NCBI GenBank assembly: GCA_030324005.1
Contig: JARDVH010000031.1
Span: 36,977,494 to 37,041,493 of the forward strand
From: Negaprion brevirostris
Lineage: Eukaryota
Reading direction: 5' to 3'
Length of the DNA stretch: 64,000 bases
Position 1 is the first letter of the stretch; each line of letters begins with the position of its first letter. Position numbers and translations under genes: made by a program. Below are positions 63,505 through 64,000 of this stretch, piece by piece. Under the pieces are notes generated by a model that saw only the letters and a program-made list of their open reading frames with translations, made no database searches and had not been told where the DNA came from.

Positions 63505-63958
63505 TCTTGGGACAGGTATCTGGATGGATTGAAAACCGGCTAGGTAACAGGAGACAGAGAGTAGTAGTGGAAGGGTCCTTTTCTAGCTGGAGGTCTGTCA
63601 CCAGTGGTGTGCTGCAGGGCTCAGTACTGGGACCTCTTCTATTCGTAATATATATAAATGACTTGGAAGAGGGCGTACGTGGTGTGATCANNNNNNNNNN
63701 NNNNNNNNNNNNNNNNNNNNNNNNNNNNNNNNNNNNNNNNNNNNNNNNNNNNNNNNNNNNNNNNNNNNNNNNNNNNNNNNNNNNNNNNNNAACAAATTGT
63801 CCCTAAATTATTCTCCCCTTAATCTGGTTTCCAATGGGGGTACCATAAGCATAGGCATGGGTCAAGGGTGGAGGAGGAAAAACACATTGTTAAGATGGCG
63901 GCGTGGACTCATTGGGCCAAAGGGCCTGTTTCCCGTGCTGTGTTGTTCTTTGTTCTAC
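63505..63958 (+). mobile_element. CR1 LINE RT fragment and 3' tail
   Basis: [38 protein letters not shown]. Confidence 0.9.
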
Positions 63959-64000
63959 ACACAGTCATCCAAACTGGAATCAAACTCAGATCTCTGGCGC

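Overview
Repeat-dense, gap-containing vertebrate genomic DNA, almost certainly from a shark/elasmobranch, judging by many HE1-type V-SINEs with CR1-type tails and a DeuSINE. The only gene I firmly recognise is the last coding exon and 3' UTR of UBE2E3 on the minus strand (60975-61072); its upstream exons lie beyond the window. Downstream of it, also on the minus strand, I can hand-assemble a phase-consistent chain of about 11 GT-AG coding exons (46238 down to about 2061). It would encode an approximately 317-aa protein with a signal-peptide-like N-terminus that I cannot assign to a known gene. This is the most interesting candidate but is unverified, and the distal exons are weaker. The rest is decayed transposable elements (CR1, Rex1/Babar-like and other LINEs, Gypsy LTR elements, Penelope-like elements, a Harbinger transposase remnant and MITEs), an 18-bp GC-rich minisatellite, a strong CTCF-like site and a few repeat-free candidate conserved non-coding blocks. 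Repeat boundaries are approximate; exon boundaries were counted by hand.
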